Origin: Acidobacteriota bacterium
GTDB lineage: Bacteria > Acidobacteriota > Terriglobia > 2-12-FULL-54-10
Reading direction: 5' to 3'
DNA: 64,000 nt
Assembly (NCBI GenBank): GCA_016191085.1
Contig: JACPPJ010000030.1
Coordinates: 66,789 to 130,788 of the forward strand
A program made the translations under genes and the position numbers. Shown here piece after piece: positions 50,531-60,934 of this stretch (its first letter is position 1; each line of letters begins with the position of its first letter). The notes beneath the pieces are model-generated. The model saw only the letters and a list, made by a program, of their open reading frames with translations. It was not told where the DNA came from and made no database searches.

Positions 50531-51577
50531 TCAACCGCGGCCCACTGGTTTGAGGCGCGCAATAAACGATTTCAACTCGTGAGGCAAATCGGAGCGTATC
50601 TCCATCATCTGCCCTGTCCGGGGATGGCTAAAACGAATCAAGGCGGCATGGAGAAAGTTGCGATTGAGTGTGTCAACGTACTCATGTTGGATTTTCCGGT
50701 TTGAGTGAATGGCTGCTTTCGCAGGAGAGTACTTCTTAAAGAGTTCCGCTCTCAGCTTGCCCGGCGCACCGTATAACGTGTCGCCTACGACAGGGTGGCC
50801 GACGGCTGCAAGGTGCACGCGGATCTGGTGCGTGCGCCCGGTGAAGATTCGTACCCTCAGCAGCGTGAACCCCTGAAATCTTTTCGCCACTTCATAACGG
50901 CTGAGTGCCTGCCGTCCTTTGGCGGCGCGTGCGGTCATTCGCAAACGCCGCACTCGATCCCGGCTGATGGCCAGCGCGATGGTTCCTTCAGGCTTTTCTA
51001 CCGCGCCATGGACCAACGCAACATATTCCTTCTCGATGCTGCGGCCGGCAAACTGGGCAGCGAGGTGACGGTGCGCCAGATCATTTTTCGCGACCAGCAA
51101 TACTCCGGAGGTGTTTTTATCGAGCCGGTGCACGATGCCCGGCCGCAGATCCCCTCCAACGCCGGAAAGCGACTCGAAGTGATGCAGCAGAGCATTGACC
51201 AATGTCCCGCTTTGCACCCCCGCGCCCGCATGCACCGTCATCCTCGCTGGCTTATCTATAGCGGCGATGTCTTCGTCTTCGTAGACAATGTTGAGTTGTA
51301 GAGCTTCGGGAAAGGCCCGCAGAGGAGGACGGGGTTCAACCTCGATCCAGAGTTGTTCAGTGCCACGGAGACGATAACTTGTTTTTAGACCGCCCGCAGC
51401 TTTGATCACTCCGGCCTTGCCGCCGCGCACCAGTTGCTGAATGCGGGAGCGGCTTAGCTCCGGGAGCCGTTCCGCCAAAAATGCGTCGAGCCGCTTGCCG
51501 CGGTCGGATTCAGCGGCCGGAAAGCTTTGCCGCACGGCGTGTGTGTCCATGGGAAGCAGGTGCGAGGGTTGCCGCAA
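50531..51577 (-). CDS. rluD: 23S rRNA pseudouridine synthase, RluA/RluD family
   Basis: S4 domain (RLDAFLAERL), catalytic HRLDKNTSG and the GRTHQIRVH motif. Confidence 0.9.
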   Translation of the reverse strand: MRQPSHLLPMDTHAVRQSFPAAESDRGKRLDAFLAERLPELSRSRIQQLVRGGKAGVIKAAGGLKTSYRLRGTEQLWIEVEPRPPLRAFPEALQLNIVYEDEDIAAIDKPARMTVHAGAGVQSGTLVNALLHHFESLSGVGGDLRPGIVHRLDKNTSGVLLVAKNDLAHRHLAAQFAGRSIEKEYVALVHGAVEKPEGTIALAISRDRVRRLRMTARAAKGRQALSRYEVAKRFQGFTLLRVRIFTGRTHQIRVHLAAVGHPVVGDTLYGAPGKLRAELFKKYSPAKAAIHSNRKIQHEYVDTLNRNFLHAALIRFSHPRTGQMMEIRSDLPHELKSFIARLKPVGRG

Positions 51578-52373
51578 CGGGTGTGGCCGCTCGCCGGCGG
51601 TAAGGTCCGAGCCACAGCAACCAAACTCCCGTGGCGATCAAGACGATGCTGACGGCTTGGGCATCGGACAACCTTCCCCAAAACATGCCTTCGCCCGGTC
51701 CCTCATGGCTGCGCAGAAACTCTATCAGGAAGCGCACGGTGGGATACAGCAACAAATACCATCCCAATATCTGGCCGTCAAAACGCTTCCGCCGGTATTG
51801 GAAATATAGGACCACGAAGATTAGCGCTTCCGCGACTGCCTCGTACAACTGAGTCGGATGAATCTTGATGCCCAACGGCACGCCCACGATCTCATGGCTG
51901 TATGGATCCTCGAATGTGACGCCCCAGGGCAGGGAAGTGGGCTTTCCCCAGCAGCATCCCGCCGAGAAGCAGCCGATTCGGCCGAAGGCGTGGCCCAGCG
52001 CGACGCCGGGAGCAAAAACATCGCCTAGCTTTACGAAGCGAATGCGGTTTCTATGGGCGAACCAAACCGCTACGCCGATTGCGACCAGGAGACCGCCATA
52101 AAAAATTCCACCCGACTGCAACACGGAGAGCGAGAAGAGCTGGCGCGGATTGTCCCAGTAATAGGCGCGATCCTGCCACAGCAAAAACAGCTTAGAGCCG
52201 ATCATGCCCGCCAGCGCGAGGTAGATACCCAAATTGTAAATCTTTTCTTTGCTGAGTCCTTCCCGCTGTGCTAACCGGATGCTGATTACAATCCCAGCCA
52301 CAAAACCGGCAGCTACGAGCAACCCATACGTAGGTATCACGAATGAGCCAATTTGAATGATTTTTGGAAACAT
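51510..52373 (-). CDS. lgt: Prolipoprotein diacylglyceryl transferase
   Basis: GRIGCFSAGCCWGKPT and HPTQLYE motifs. The 3' end overlaps the rluD 5' end. Confidence 0.9.
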   Translation of the reverse strand: MFPKIIQIGSFVIPTYGLLVAAGFVAGIVISIRLAQREGLSKEKIYNLGIYLALAGMIGSKLFLLWQDRAYYWDNPRQLFSLSVLQSGGIFYGGLLVAIGVAVWFAHRNRIRFVKLGDVFAPGVALGHAFGRIGCFSAGCCWGKPTSLPWGVTFEDPYSHEIVGVPLGIKIHPTQLYEAVAEALIFVVLYFQYRRKRFDGQILGWYLLLYPTVRFLIEFLRSHEGPGEGMFWGRLSDAQAVSIVLIATGVWLLWLGPYRRRAATPVAATLAPASHGHTRRAAKLSGR

Positions 52374-52418
52374 AGTTAATCGGTTAGATGCTGAAACCTG
52401 CTTCGACGAAACAACGGT

Positions 52419-53597
52419 TTAAGCGGGTTTGAGGGCTGCGCGTTTCTCTGCGATCAGCGCCAGAAGAGCCTTATGCGGATCAGCAAACTTGACGACTCCT
52501 TCCCGCATCAACGTGTCTTCCAGCATTTGCATGTTCACGAGACGATCAATTTCATCGAGGACCTCAGCCGGAGGCATTATGTCTACGGCGCGTTGAATAG
52601 TGATGCCGCTTGCCTCCACCGCTTCGTTCGTCGCAGGAGGGTTTGTCTCGATGTCGGATCCCGCAAAAGCTTTGACATATTTCGTGGGGTCGTCTTTCGG
52701 GTCTTTAGTGCCGGTGCTGGCGAACACAATCTCCTGTTTCAGGCGCAGTTTCTTATTAGCCCAAAACTCGTTGTTTTCTTGCCAGATGCGCTTCGCGACG
52801 ACTACACCGACCTGCCCCTGGGCCTGTGGCGAGAGTTGCGGAACATGCTTAGCGGTGTACACATCCTCGCGGCTGACAAAGATGCTGTAAACCGATTTGA
52901 ACTCATCGAGCGACGCGCGCGTTTGGGCGCCCCGCCATATAGCCTCGCGTGCTTGGCGATATTGCCGCGCCGTAAATATCAGCGTGACGTTCAAGGTGAC
53001 TCCCGCAGCGGCAAGCTCTTCGAGGGCCTGTATGCCACCTTCAGTAGCGGGAACCTTTATCATACGGTTGGCATGCCCGTGACTCCATTTCTTACCAAGT
53101 TCGATATATTTCCGCGCACGTTCGGCCACGGACAATTTCCGCTCGGGATCCTCAAGAAGCGGGTCGAGTTCAAAACTGACGTAGCCGTCGTCGCCTTTGG
53201 TCGCCTCCCAAACCGGCCGAAACACTTCCTGAGCCTCGCGCACCAGCATGTCGGTGAGCAGCCACGCGATGCCCTCGTCGTCAAGACCTTTTTCAATGAA
53301 CGAAGAAAGCTGCTGGTCAAACCGCCCGGTCTTGATCAGGTCGGCGATGATGATAGGATTGGAGGTAGCGCCGGTAGCTCCTCGCGAGCGATTAATGCGA
53401 ACAAAATCGGGGTCAATGGAGTCAAGCCAAAGCTTGGTCCCGCAGTCAATCAGCGAACGCAGTCCTCTGCTCATGGTAACCTCAGCAGGTAAGAACACAT
53501 TCAATTCCATCTCAGTATAACAGTTCCGCGCCAGTGACCGACAGCCTCTCGGTGATGACTGAACGCGAATGCAAAGCGAAGATGACGTTTGCGCCAC
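52419..53597 (-). CDS. tal: Transaldolase
   Basis: LWLDSIDP...ATGATSNP..., KVPAT (Schiff-base Lys). The likely start is the ATG at 53474 (MSRGLRS). Confidence 0.85.
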   Translation of the reverse strand: MAQTSSSLCIRVQSSPRGCRSLARNCYTEMELNVFLPAEVTMSRGLRSLIDCGTKLWLDSIDPDFVRINRSRGATGATSNPIIIADLIKTGRFDQQLSSFIEKGLDDEGIAWLLTDMLVREAQEVFRPVWEATKGDDGYVSFELDPLLEDPERKLSVAERARKYIELGKKWSHGHANRMIKVPATEGGIQALEELAAAGVTLNVTLIFTARQYRQAREAIWRGAQTRASLDEFKSVYSIFVSREDVYTAKHVPQLSPQAQGQVGVVVAKRIWQENNEFWANKKLRLKQEIVFASTGTKDPKDDPTKYVKAFAGSDIETNPPATNEAVEASGITIQRAVDIMPPAEVLDEIDRLVNMQMLEDTLMREGVVKFADPHKALLALIAEKRAALKPA

Positions 53598-53612
53598 GCG
53601 CGCGAAATTTGC

Positions 53613-53640
53613 TTGACACGCAAAACTTCGGTGCTAAGAT
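53613..53640 (+). promoter_or_regulatory. Candidate sigma-70 promoter for cspA (TTGACA-16 nt-TAAGAT)
   Basis: TTGACA at 53613-53618 and TAAGAT at 53635-53640. This would give a 5' UTR of roughly 160 nt before the cspA start. Confidence 0.4.
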
Positions 53641-53805
53641 GTGGGCGGAGTTGCAGGGTGTAACGCAAACGGCGGCAGTAAACCGATACGGGCCATCCAC
53701 TTGCCACGGGTAAGCGAGATGGCTTTTTCTCGACTATGACTCCGCCAGATTGAGCATTCAGCGTCCCCGCAATGTTCGTAATCGCAGGAATGAGGAGGAA
53801 CGAAG

Positions 53806-54012
53806 TTGTCACGCGTCACCGGGAAAGTGAAATGGTTCAGCAATACCAAGGGCTATGGTTTCATCGGACAGGACACCGGGGCCGATGTGTTTGTTCATTA
53901 TTCTGCCATCCAGGGCGAGGGGTATAAGTCGCTCCAGGAAGGTGACGTGGTGGAGTTCGAGGTCACCCAGGGGCAAAAGGGTCCACAAGCCGAAAACGTC
54001 ACAAAGCAATAG
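53806..54012 (+). CDS. cspA: Cold-shock protein (CspA family)
   Basis: [15 protein letters not shown] (RNP1) and DVFVHYSAI (RNP2). TTG start 7 nt after AGGAGG. Confidence 0.9.
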   Translation: MSRVTGKVKWFSNTKGYGFIGQDTGADVFVHYSAIQGEGYKSLQEGDVVEFEVTQGQKGPQAENVTKQ

Positions 54013-54059
54013 CTCCGAATCTGAGCGAGCCCCGGGCATCCCCTACGGCTGCTCGCGAG

Positions 54060-54743
54060 TTAACTCTGGTCTACGGCCTCGGTGGCGGTTCCGAGGCCAG
54101 ACGTTTCCAGACATGCCGCGAGTTCCTCTCGCGGGATAGTTCCCTCGCGCAGCACTTCCCATCTGTCTTCCTTCACTCGAACCACCGTCGAAGGTTGGTT
54201 GCGGTGGCTTGGACCTGCATCGAGAATCAGTTTCAGTTGTTGACCCAAAGTTTTCTCCACTTCTCGAGCGCTGAAACAGGGCGGCTCGCCGGTGCGGTTG
54301 GCGCTGGTGGCCGTGATGGGGAAGCCGGCCTTTCGGACCAGGGCCAAGGGCACCTCTGCGCGTGGTAGCCGCAAGCCGATGGTTCCGGTGTTCCCCGTCA
54401 CGGCCGGCGGCAGCGCGGCAGAGGCTTCCACTACAATGGTCAGCGCTCCCGGCCAAAATCGGTTGGCCAGCGAATGGAATAAGGGTGGCAGGGAGCTGGA
54501 GAGCGCCGCGGCCATTTCCAGAGAATCGATTAGCAGGAGCAGCGGGTTGCTGCCAGGTCGCCCTTTGATGGCAAGTACCTTCTCGATGGCGGCAACATCG
54601 AAGGGATTTGCCGCCAGCCCATAAAACGTGTCCGTAGGAATGGCAACCACCTCACCTCGCCGCAACACCTCGGCAGCACACGCAATCGGCAACGGCTGTG
54701 GAGAGAAGTAATCGACTTTGATGATCTCTGCCATTGTCGACAA
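54060..54743 (-). CDS. tsaC: L-threonylcarbamoyladenylate synthase (YrdC/TsaC)
   Basis: YrdC-domain pattern VVAIPTDTFYGLAANP...PGALTIV...RLP...TSAN. Confidence 0.85.
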   Translation of the reverse strand: MSTMAEIIKVDYFSPQPLPIACAAEVLRRGEVVAIPTDTFYGLAANPFDVAAIEKVLAIKGRPGSNPLLLLIDSLEMAAALSSSLPPLFHSLANRFWPGALTIVVEASAALPPAVTGNTGTIGLRLPRAEVPLALVRKAGFPITATSANRTGEPPCFSAREVEKTLGQQLKLILDAGPSHRNQPSTVVRVKEDRWEVLREGTIPREELAACLETSGLGTATEAVDQS

Positions 54744-54795
54744 CAGAACAACATTCTACTCCGTCCCGCGCTGTTTATGGATTTAGAATAAGTAT

Positions 54796-55638
54796 GTGCT
54801 CTCCCGCGCCTCACCAAGGGTGATAGAAGGCCGCCACAACTCTATCGTTAAACATTTGCGCCGCGTTACGCGCTCGGGCGAGCTGTTATCAGACGGCTTT
54901 GTGCTGCTCGAAACCGTGCGGCTGATCGAGGATGCGTTGCGCAGCGGTGTTCGTATTGCCAAAGTGTTCATGAGACATGGCGCTGAGGAGCGAGTCACGG
55001 GCCTGCTGCGCATGCTTGCGTTGGAAACCGAGGTTTACGAGCTTACCGCGCCGGTCTTTGACAGTGTCACTACCACGGAGAGCAGCCAGGGCATCCTGGC
55101 ATTGGCTGCCGCGCCTGAATGGCAGGAGAAAGACTTGTTTGGCGGCAATTCCACGCTGGTTTTGGTCGTGGCTGGCTTACAAGATCCTGGTAACATCGGA
55201 ACCGTGATTCGCACGGCAGAGGCGTTCCATGCTACTGGCCTGATATTAACTGAAGGCACTGTGAGTCCGTTCAATGCTAAGGCCGTCCGGGCCACAGCCG
55301 GTTCACTGTTCCGGTTGCCTCTGCTGCGCAACGTGCATGTCAGCGAGATTCCGGGAATGCTGGCGCGACGCGGCATCCCGTTATTTGTTTCGACGGTGAG
55401 CGGTGCTGATGAAATCGGCTCGATGCATTTCAGCGGGCCAGTTGCAATTGCCATCGGCTCCGAAGGTGCGGGAGTTCCGGAACAACTGGTCACCGCCGGG
55501 GGGAAGTTTACAATTCCAATTGCGCGAACCGTGGAGTCGCTGAATGTGGCAGCCGCAACCGCAGTGATGCTGTACGAGGTGGCGCGGCAGCGAGCAGCGT
55601 CAGAGCCGCGACCTAAGGGAGCGGTCGCAGGACCATGA
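54796..55638 (+). CDS. TrmH/SpoU-family RNA 2'-O-methyltransferase
   Basis: SPOUT motifs DPGNIGTVIRTAEAF, IAIGSEGAGV and ESLNVAAATAV. Confidence 0.85.
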   Translation: MLSRASPRVIEGRHNSIVKHLRRVTRSGELLSDGFVLLETVRLIEDALRSGVRIAKVFMRHGAEERVTGLLRMLALETEVYELTAPVFDSVTTTESSQGILALAAAPEWQEKDLFGGNSTLVLVVAGLQDPGNIGTVIRTAEAFHATGLILTEGTVSPFNAKAVRATAGSLFRLPLLRNVHVSEIPGMLARRGIPLFVSTVSGADEIGSMHFSGPVAIAIGSEGAGVPEQLVTAGGKFTIPIARTVESLNVAAATAVMLYEVARQRAASEPRPKGAVAGP

Positions 55639-56987
55639 GCCTTTTTCCCAGTCTCGAACCGGAAGAGAGCCGCAAGGGACCGCGCCCTCTTGCAGACCGC
55701 ATGCGTCCGCGGACGCTGGATGAATTTGTCGGACAGCGGCATCTACTCGCGCAAGGGAAGCCTTTGCGTATCCAGCTCGAGCGCGACGACTTATCATCAA
55801 TGATCTTCTGGGGCCCGCCGGGGGTCGGCAAAACCACGCTTGCGCAAATCATCGCGGCGCGCACCAGCAGCTACTTTTTGCCGTTCAGCGCCGTCCTAAG
55901 CGGAATTAAGGAGATCAAGGCAGTGATGGCCGATGCGGCCCGCGCGCGCATGATGGGCAAGCGAACTGTCGTTTTCATTGACGAGATTCATCGTTTCAAT
56001 AAGGCACAGCAGGACGCGTTTCTGCCGTACGTCGAGAAAGGCGACATTATCCTGATCGGCGCGACTACGGAGAATCCGTCGTTTGAGGTCATTTCGGCGC
56101 TGCTGTCGCGCACGCGAGTTTATCGTCTGCTGCCGCTTTCAGCCGAGGATATTTTTGCACTGTTGAAACGCGCACTGGTGGACAATGAGCAAGGATATGG
56201 CCGGAAGGCAGTCGAGATATCCGAGGAACTGTTACACCAGATCGCCACCTTCGCGAACGGCGATGCGCGCGGTGCTTACAACATCTTGGAAGCGGTAGTG
56301 CAGGGCACGCCGCCGGCTGACGGCAGGATTCGAATTACGCCCGCCGTGCTTGCCGCCGCCTTGGAACGCAGAACGCTGCTTTATGACAAAGCCGGCGAGG
56401 AGCATTTCAATATCATCTCCGCGCTGCATAAGTCCATGCGTAACAGCGACGCTGACGCATCAATCTACTGGCTGGCAAGAATGCTGGAAGCGGGCGAGGA
56501 CCCCTTGTACGTGGCCCGGCGCATCGTCCGGTTCGCAAGTGAAGATGTGGGCTTGGCCGATCCTCAGGCGCTTCCGCTAGCTGTAGCTGCGATGCAGGCG
56601 GTGCATTTTATCGGTATGCCCGAGGGCGCTCTGGCGTTGGCCGAAGCGGCTGTGTACATGGCGCTGGCGCCCAAATCGAACAGCTTGTACACGGCTTACG
56701 GCGCCGTCCAGCAGGATCTGGAGCATTCGCTCGCCGAACCGGTCCCCATGCACCTGCGCAATGCTCCCACTCCTTTGATGCAAGCGGAAGGCTATCACAA
56801 GGGATATGAGTACGCCCACAACCTGGAGGAAAAGGTCTCTGCCATGCCCTGTCTGCCGCCGTCGCTGGCGCGCCGAATATATTACGTGCCGACAGGAGAA
56901 GGGCTTGAGCAGAAGTTTAAGAAATTATTAATGGAGATTCAGGAAAGAAAGCGCCGCGCCAAAAGCAGCCCGGAACCGCTCGCCTAG
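55635..56987 (+). CDS. rarA: Replication-associated recombination protein A (AAA+ ATPase)
   Basis: Walker [10 protein letters not shown], Walker [12 protein letters not shown] and the MgsA C-terminal domain ([16 protein letters not shown]). Confidence 0.9.
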   Translation: MSLFPSLEPEESRKGPRPLADRMRPRTLDEFVGQRHLLAQGKPLRIQLERDDLSSMIFWGPPGVGKTTLAQIIAARTSSYFLPFSAVLSGIKEIKAVMADAARARMMGKRTVVFIDEIHRFNKAQQDAFLPYVEKGDIILIGATTENPSFEVISALLSRTRVYRLLPLSAEDIFALLKRALVDNEQGYGRKAVEISEELLHQIATFANGDARGAYNILEAVVQGTPPADGRIRITPAVLAAALERRTLLYDKAGEEHFNIISALHKSMRNSDADASIYWLARMLEAGEDPLYVARRIVRFASEDVGLADPQALPLAVAAMQAVHFIGMPEGALALAEAAVYMALAPKSNSLYTAYGAVQQDLEHSLAEPVPMHLRNAPTPLMQAEGYHKGYEYAHNLEEKVSAMPCLPPSLARRIYYVPTGEGLEQKFKKLLMEIQERKRRAKSSPEPLA

Positions 56988-57085
56988 TTTTGCCTTACGT
57001 GTAGTCGCCCCACCCCCAGTACGTCGAAGCATCTAATGAAACAGCACGGTGTGAGGTGCGTGCTATTCAGGCGTAAGGAGAAAGT

Positions 57086-57349
57086 ATGAAACTACTGATT
57101 AAATCTGTGAGTCTGATGTTGCTGTTGTCGTTTGCTGTGGCGGGGTTCTCTTTTCCGCAAGCCACTACAACTACTGAAACACCGCGGGATCAAAGTGCGA
57201 AAGAAGACGTAAAAGACGCCGGCCGCGACGCCAAGAATGCTGCCAAGAAGACTGGCCGAGCGGTAAAGAAGACCGCCAAGAAAGGCACGCACAAAGCGGC
57301 TAAGAAGACTCGTCAAGGTGCTGAGAAGATAGAGGAGAGCACCCGTTAG
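57086..57349 (+). CDS. Small secreted lysine-rich protein, hypothetical
   Basis: Signal peptide, then repeated AKKT/KKTAKK motifs. 87 aa. Confidence 0.45.
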   Translation: MKLLIKSVSLMLLLSFAVAGFSFPQATTTTETPRDQSAKEDVKDAGRDAKNAAKKTGRAVKKTAKKGTHKAAKKTRQGAEKIEESTR

Positions 57350-57401
57350 CTGTGTCGCCCCTGCTGAGGGGTGTTGTTCACTGTACCACAGGAGGTAAAC
57401 C

Positions 57402-57929
57402 ATGAGACGACTAGTGCCGTATTTTGCCGTTCTGGCTTTCGTTCTTAGCGTGGCATGCACGACGCAGCGGTCCTACAAAGATGACGTCTCGAGAGCGCTT
57501 GAGCAAGCCGATCTGAAAGAAGTTGACGTCACCGAAGATGCCGGCACGAACGTGATTACGCTGGGCGGCAAGGTGCATTCTGAGGAGGCCAAGGCGAGAG
57601 CGGCCGAAGTTGCCCAAGGCGCTGCGGGCCCTAGGATTGTCGCTAATGAGATCAGCGTGGAACCGGTGGGACTTGAATCAGAAGCGAGAGATATACAAGA
57701 GAACCGCGACAACGCCATCAGAGACAACTACAGGGCCGCGTTGATGTCGAAAGGCCTTGACAAAGAAGACATAGATTTCGAGGCCAACAACGGCGTACTG
57801 ACGCTCAAAGGTAACGTGAAGTCACCCAAACAACGCGAGGAAGCGCAGGAGCTGGCTACAAACATCCCCAATGTTGAGCAGGTCATCAACGAAATTCAGG
57901 TGGAGGGATCGGAGAGCGCGCGACGGTAG
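57402..57929 (+). CDS. BON-domain (OsmY-like) lipoprotein/secreted protein
   Basis: Signal sequence ending LSVAC. Two BON-like repeats (VDVTEDAGTNVITLGGKV..., IDFEANNGVLTLKGNV...). Confidence 0.75.
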   Translation: MRRLVPYFAVLAFVLSVACTTQRSYKDDVSRALEQADLKEVDVTEDAGTNVITLGGKVHSEEAKARAAEVAQGAAGPRIVANEISVEPVGLESEARDIQENRDNAIRDNYRAALMSKGLDKEDIDFEANNGVLTLKGNVKSPKQREEAQELATNIPNVEQVINEIQVEGSESARR

Positions 57930-57944
57930 GCGGGGCGTCCTGGA

Positions 57945-57978
57945 TGCTCCCCGGCGCATCGTGATGTGCTGGGGAGCA
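57945..57978. terminator. GC-rich hairpin between convergent genes (possible bidirectional terminator)
   Basis: TGCTCCCC pairs with GGGGAGCA, with further inner pairing. No U-tract on either side. Confidence 0.3.
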
Positions 57979-58012
57979 GTCCGGGGCGGGGGCGGGTCGC
58001 TCCGTCAGCCTG

Positions 58013-58498
58013 CTACATCTGGTACAGCATCCAGTACACTACCACGCCCGTGAAGGAAACATAGAGCCACATTGGCAGAGTGCGGCGGGCGATCCTCGCG
58101 TGCTTATCATAGGCGCCCTTCAGTGCTCGGCTCAGCGTCACCAACGCGAACGGGACGATGAGGGCGGCCAGAACTGTGTGCGTGAAAAGAATCCCCAGGT
58201 ACACTTGCCGGATTGTGCCTTGCCCTGGAAACCGCCTCATTCCTGAATTGTAGTGATACGTGAGGTAGGAAACCAGGAACAGCGATGAAGCGGCAAACGC
58301 CGTCAGCATGCATACTCTGTGCGCCCTGATGTTGCCGCGTCGAATGAAGATATATCCGCTGACGAGGAATACCGCGCTGGTGGTGTTGAGTATGGCATTC
58401 AGGTGCGGAAGATCGGAAACTGGCAGCATAAAGAAGAATTCGGAAAGCCGGGAATCAGGACCCCAGAATAACCAAAAAACCAGCGGTTCAGAAGCCAC
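58013..58498 (-). CDS. DUF420 membrane protein (CtaM-like)
   Basis: LPHLNAILNTTSAVFLVSGYIFIRRGNIRAHRVCMLTAF... is the four-TM DUF420 pattern. Confidence 0.75.
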   Translation of the reverse strand: MASEPLVFWLFWGPDSRLSEFFFMLPVSDLPHLNAILNTTSAVFLVSGYIFIRRGNIRAHRVCMLTAFAASSLFLVSYLTYHYNSGMRRFPGQGTIRQVYLGILFTHTVLAALIVPFALVTLSRALKGAYDKHARIARRTLPMWLYVSFTGVVVYWMLYQM

Positions 58499-58533
58499 AA
58501 TAAAAGCGACCTCTTACTTCTGACTTTTCGCTT

Positions 58534-59436
58534 CTAACTTCTGACTTCCGTTGTGGGCCGGCCCGTCCACAGCAATGTGACTACGAACATCGCGGCGGCG
58601 AACAGTGCAGTCAGTTGGACAGAGACTCCCAGCGGGGCAATCTCGGGCAGCGGGCTCCCGGTGTCCCAATACAGCAGATGGCGAATGGCGGTCAAGCCAT
58701 ACGTAAGAGGATTCAGCTTCATGACCCACTGAATCCAGCCCGAAGCTCCGGAGGCCGGAAACATTGCCCCGGAAAGGAACCACAGCGGAAGCAAGACGAG
58801 ATTTAAGATAGCGTGAAACCCCGACACCGAATCCATTCGCCACGCAATAAAGAAACCTAAGCACGCCAAAGAGAAGGAAATCAGAAGCAAGATTCCGGCC
58901 AGCATAAGCAATTGCAAGGCATGGAGAGGGAAGCCGACAAGTGGGCCGATGAGCAGGACAATGAGTGCCGGCAGCACTGCCTGAGTGGCTCCGCCTAATA
59001 CCTTTCCCAGAATTAAACTGGCGCGATAAATCGGAGCCACCAGCACGGAGAGGAGAAAGCCTCCCTGACGATCCTCTATGACGGACATGCTCGACACAGT
59101 GGAGGTGAACAGCACGATCCCGAGGATCGTGCCGGGGAAGAAGTATTCCAGGTATCCGCTGCTGGAAATGGCCGAAGCCGCTTCGGAAGGAGGACGGAAT
59201 GAGCGGCCCAGGCCCGATCCGATGAACAACCAAAACAGGAGCGGCGTGGCTACCATGCCGATCACCCGGCTGCGCTGCCGGGCAAATCGAACCAACTCAC
59301 GCCACCAAAGGGAAACAATGGGCAGCAGGAAGCTCATTTCCGCGGCCACAGGCGCTGGAACCGTTCGGTGCTGCTGCCCGCTTTCGGTGCGTGTGTCAAC
59401 ACCGATCAATTCGGCCGCATCGCGTGTTTCAGGCAA
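58534..59436 (-). CDS. ABC-2 type transporter permease
   Basis: Six TM helices in the ABC-2 layout, downstream of the ATPase gene. Confidence 0.8.
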   Translation of the reverse strand: MPETRDAAELIGVDTRTESGQQHRTVPAPVAAEMSFLLPIVSLWWRELVRFARQRSRVIGMVATPLLFWLFIGSGLGRSFRPPSEAASAISSSGYLEYFFPGTILGIVLFTSTVSSMSVIEDRQGGFLLSVLVAPIYRASLILGKVLGGATQAVLPALIVLLIGPLVGFPLHALQLLMLAGILLLISFSLACLGFFIAWRMDSVSGFHAILNLVLLPLWFLSGAMFPASGASGWIQWVMKLNPLTYGLTAIRHLLYWDTGSPLPEIAPLGVSVQLTALFAAAMFVVTLLWTGRPTTEVRS

Positions 59437-59469
59437 ACATTCCTCCGTTCAAAGGCCGCTGAAGCAGAC

Positions 59470-59823
59470 CTAGGAAAGCTTCCCGGCCTCCTGGGGAACC
59501 TGTTCCGCCGGGGCAGCAGCCTTCTTCTCGGGCGGCTTCGCAACCGTCGCGGACTCACTACGCCACAACTTCCGCAAGCGAGTATGGAACAGCATCCAAC
59601 CTGAAACACTGAAGAAGATCAGTCCTATTACGAGAGAGGCGATAATCGAGAAAATCTTATCTACATTGAGGGTTTCCGGACTCAGTGCAACGGCGACGAC
59701 AGCTCCCAAACAGGCAAGGCCGGCCAGCGTGCAGACAGCGAAGATGATCAACACTTCCAGCATTGTTGGCCCCTTTCGAAGTTTATCACAGCCGATGCAG
59801 CAAGGCGCGATGCCCGCCCGCAC
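59470..59823 (-). CDS. Small two-TM membrane protein, hypothetical
   Basis: The likely start is the ATG at 59763 (MLEVLIIFAV...). It sits between the ABC ATPase and permease genes. Confidence 0.45.
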   Translation of the reverse strand: MRAGIAPCCIGCDKLRKGPTMLEVLIIFAVCTLAGLACLGAVVAVALSPETLNVDKIFSIIASLVIGLIFFSVSGWMLFHTRLRKLWRSESATVAKPPEKKAAAPAEQVPQEAGKLS

Positions 59824-59884
59824 CGCTCATCTGAATAAAGTTTATACCTAAATTCCAATCGAAGGGCGACAGATTTCTGATGCG

Positions 59885-60934
59885 CTACGGCGCGTTCTCG
59901 CCGATTTCTTCGTTCCGGAATCGCTGACCTGTCTGGTGCAGAAATACATCTTCGAGCGTAGGCTTGCCGACGGTCAGCGAGTCAATCTCCGCCGGAAAAG
60001 CTTCCATCAACTGCGGCACGATCTCATGCCCGCGCGGATGCTCAAAGCGCACACGCTGTCCGAAGACGGAAGCTTCCAAAGAAAATCTCCGCCGCAACTG
60101 CTCGCGCAACACTTCCGGCGAACGCGATTCCACCATGACCACTTCTGCGCCTATGGCGTTCTTCAGTGAAGTTGGAGTGCCGGAGGCGACCAGTTCGCCG
60201 CAGTTTAGTATAGCCAGACGGTCGCATTTCTCAGCTTCATCGAGCAAGTGAGTTGTCACCAAAACCGTCACGCCTTCCTTGGTGCGCAGAGTGTTCAAGT
60301 AATCCCACAGTTCGGCTCGCACTCCGGGATCAAGGCCAGTGGTAGGCTCGTCCAACATAAGCAGCCCAGGCCGGTGCAGGAGTCCTTTGGCGATTTCGAC
60401 CCGCCGCCGCAAACCGCCCGATAATGTTTCCATCAGATCGTCTCGGCGGTTCGCCATGCCAAGACGGTTCAGAACGTAATCTACTTGCTGCTGCAACCTG
60501 CGGCCGCGCATCCCGTAGAGGTGACCCTGGTGCCGTAGATTCTCCGCGGAGGTTAACTTCCCGTCCACGCTGGACGACTGAAACACTATGCCGATTCGCC
60601 TGCGGACCTCTTGAGGTCGGGTCGCCACGTCGAGGCCTAATATTTTTGCTGTTCCCGAACTGGGCTTGAGTAGCGTTGAAAGAATTCTAAACAGGGTGGT
60701 CTTTCCTCCGCCGTTGGGCCCGAGCAGGCCAAAGATTTCTCCCTCGTAGACCTGGAAGGAAACGTTTGACAGCGCTTTGCGGTCTCCGTAGAAGTGAGTC
60801 AAACCGGCGATCTCAAGGATGGTGTCAGTCGGCATAGTTTGTGTGAGGGTTTGTCGTTCGCGTGAATCAAGAGCCCACGACGAAAAAACCCGTTCGTCGT
60901 GGCTACCCATGCGCCTAGAGGGGTTTTTTATCAA
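59885..60934 (-). CDS. ABC transporter ATP-binding protein (DrrA/ABC-2 type)
   Basis: Walker A GPNGGGKTT, signature LSGGLRRR, Walker B LLMLDEP. The likely start is the ATG at 60835 (MPTDTILE). Confidence 0.9.
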   Translation of the reverse strand: MIKNPSRRMGSHDERVFSSWALDSRERQTLTQTMPTDTILEIAGLTHFYGDRKALSNVSFQVYEGEIFGLLGPNGGGKTTLFRILSTLLKPSSGTAKILGLDVATRPQEVRRRIGIVFQSSSVDGKLTSAENLRHQGHLYGMRGRRLQQQVDYVLNRLGMANRRDDLMETLSGGLRRRVEIAKGLLHRPGLLMLDEPTTGLDPGVRAELWDYLNTLRTKEGVTVLVTTHLLDEAEKCDRLAILNCGELVASGTPTSLKNAIGAEVVMVESRSPEVLREQLRRRFSLEASVFGQRVRFEHPRGHEIVPQLMEAFPAEIDSLTVGKPTLEDVFLHQTGQRFRNEEIGENAP

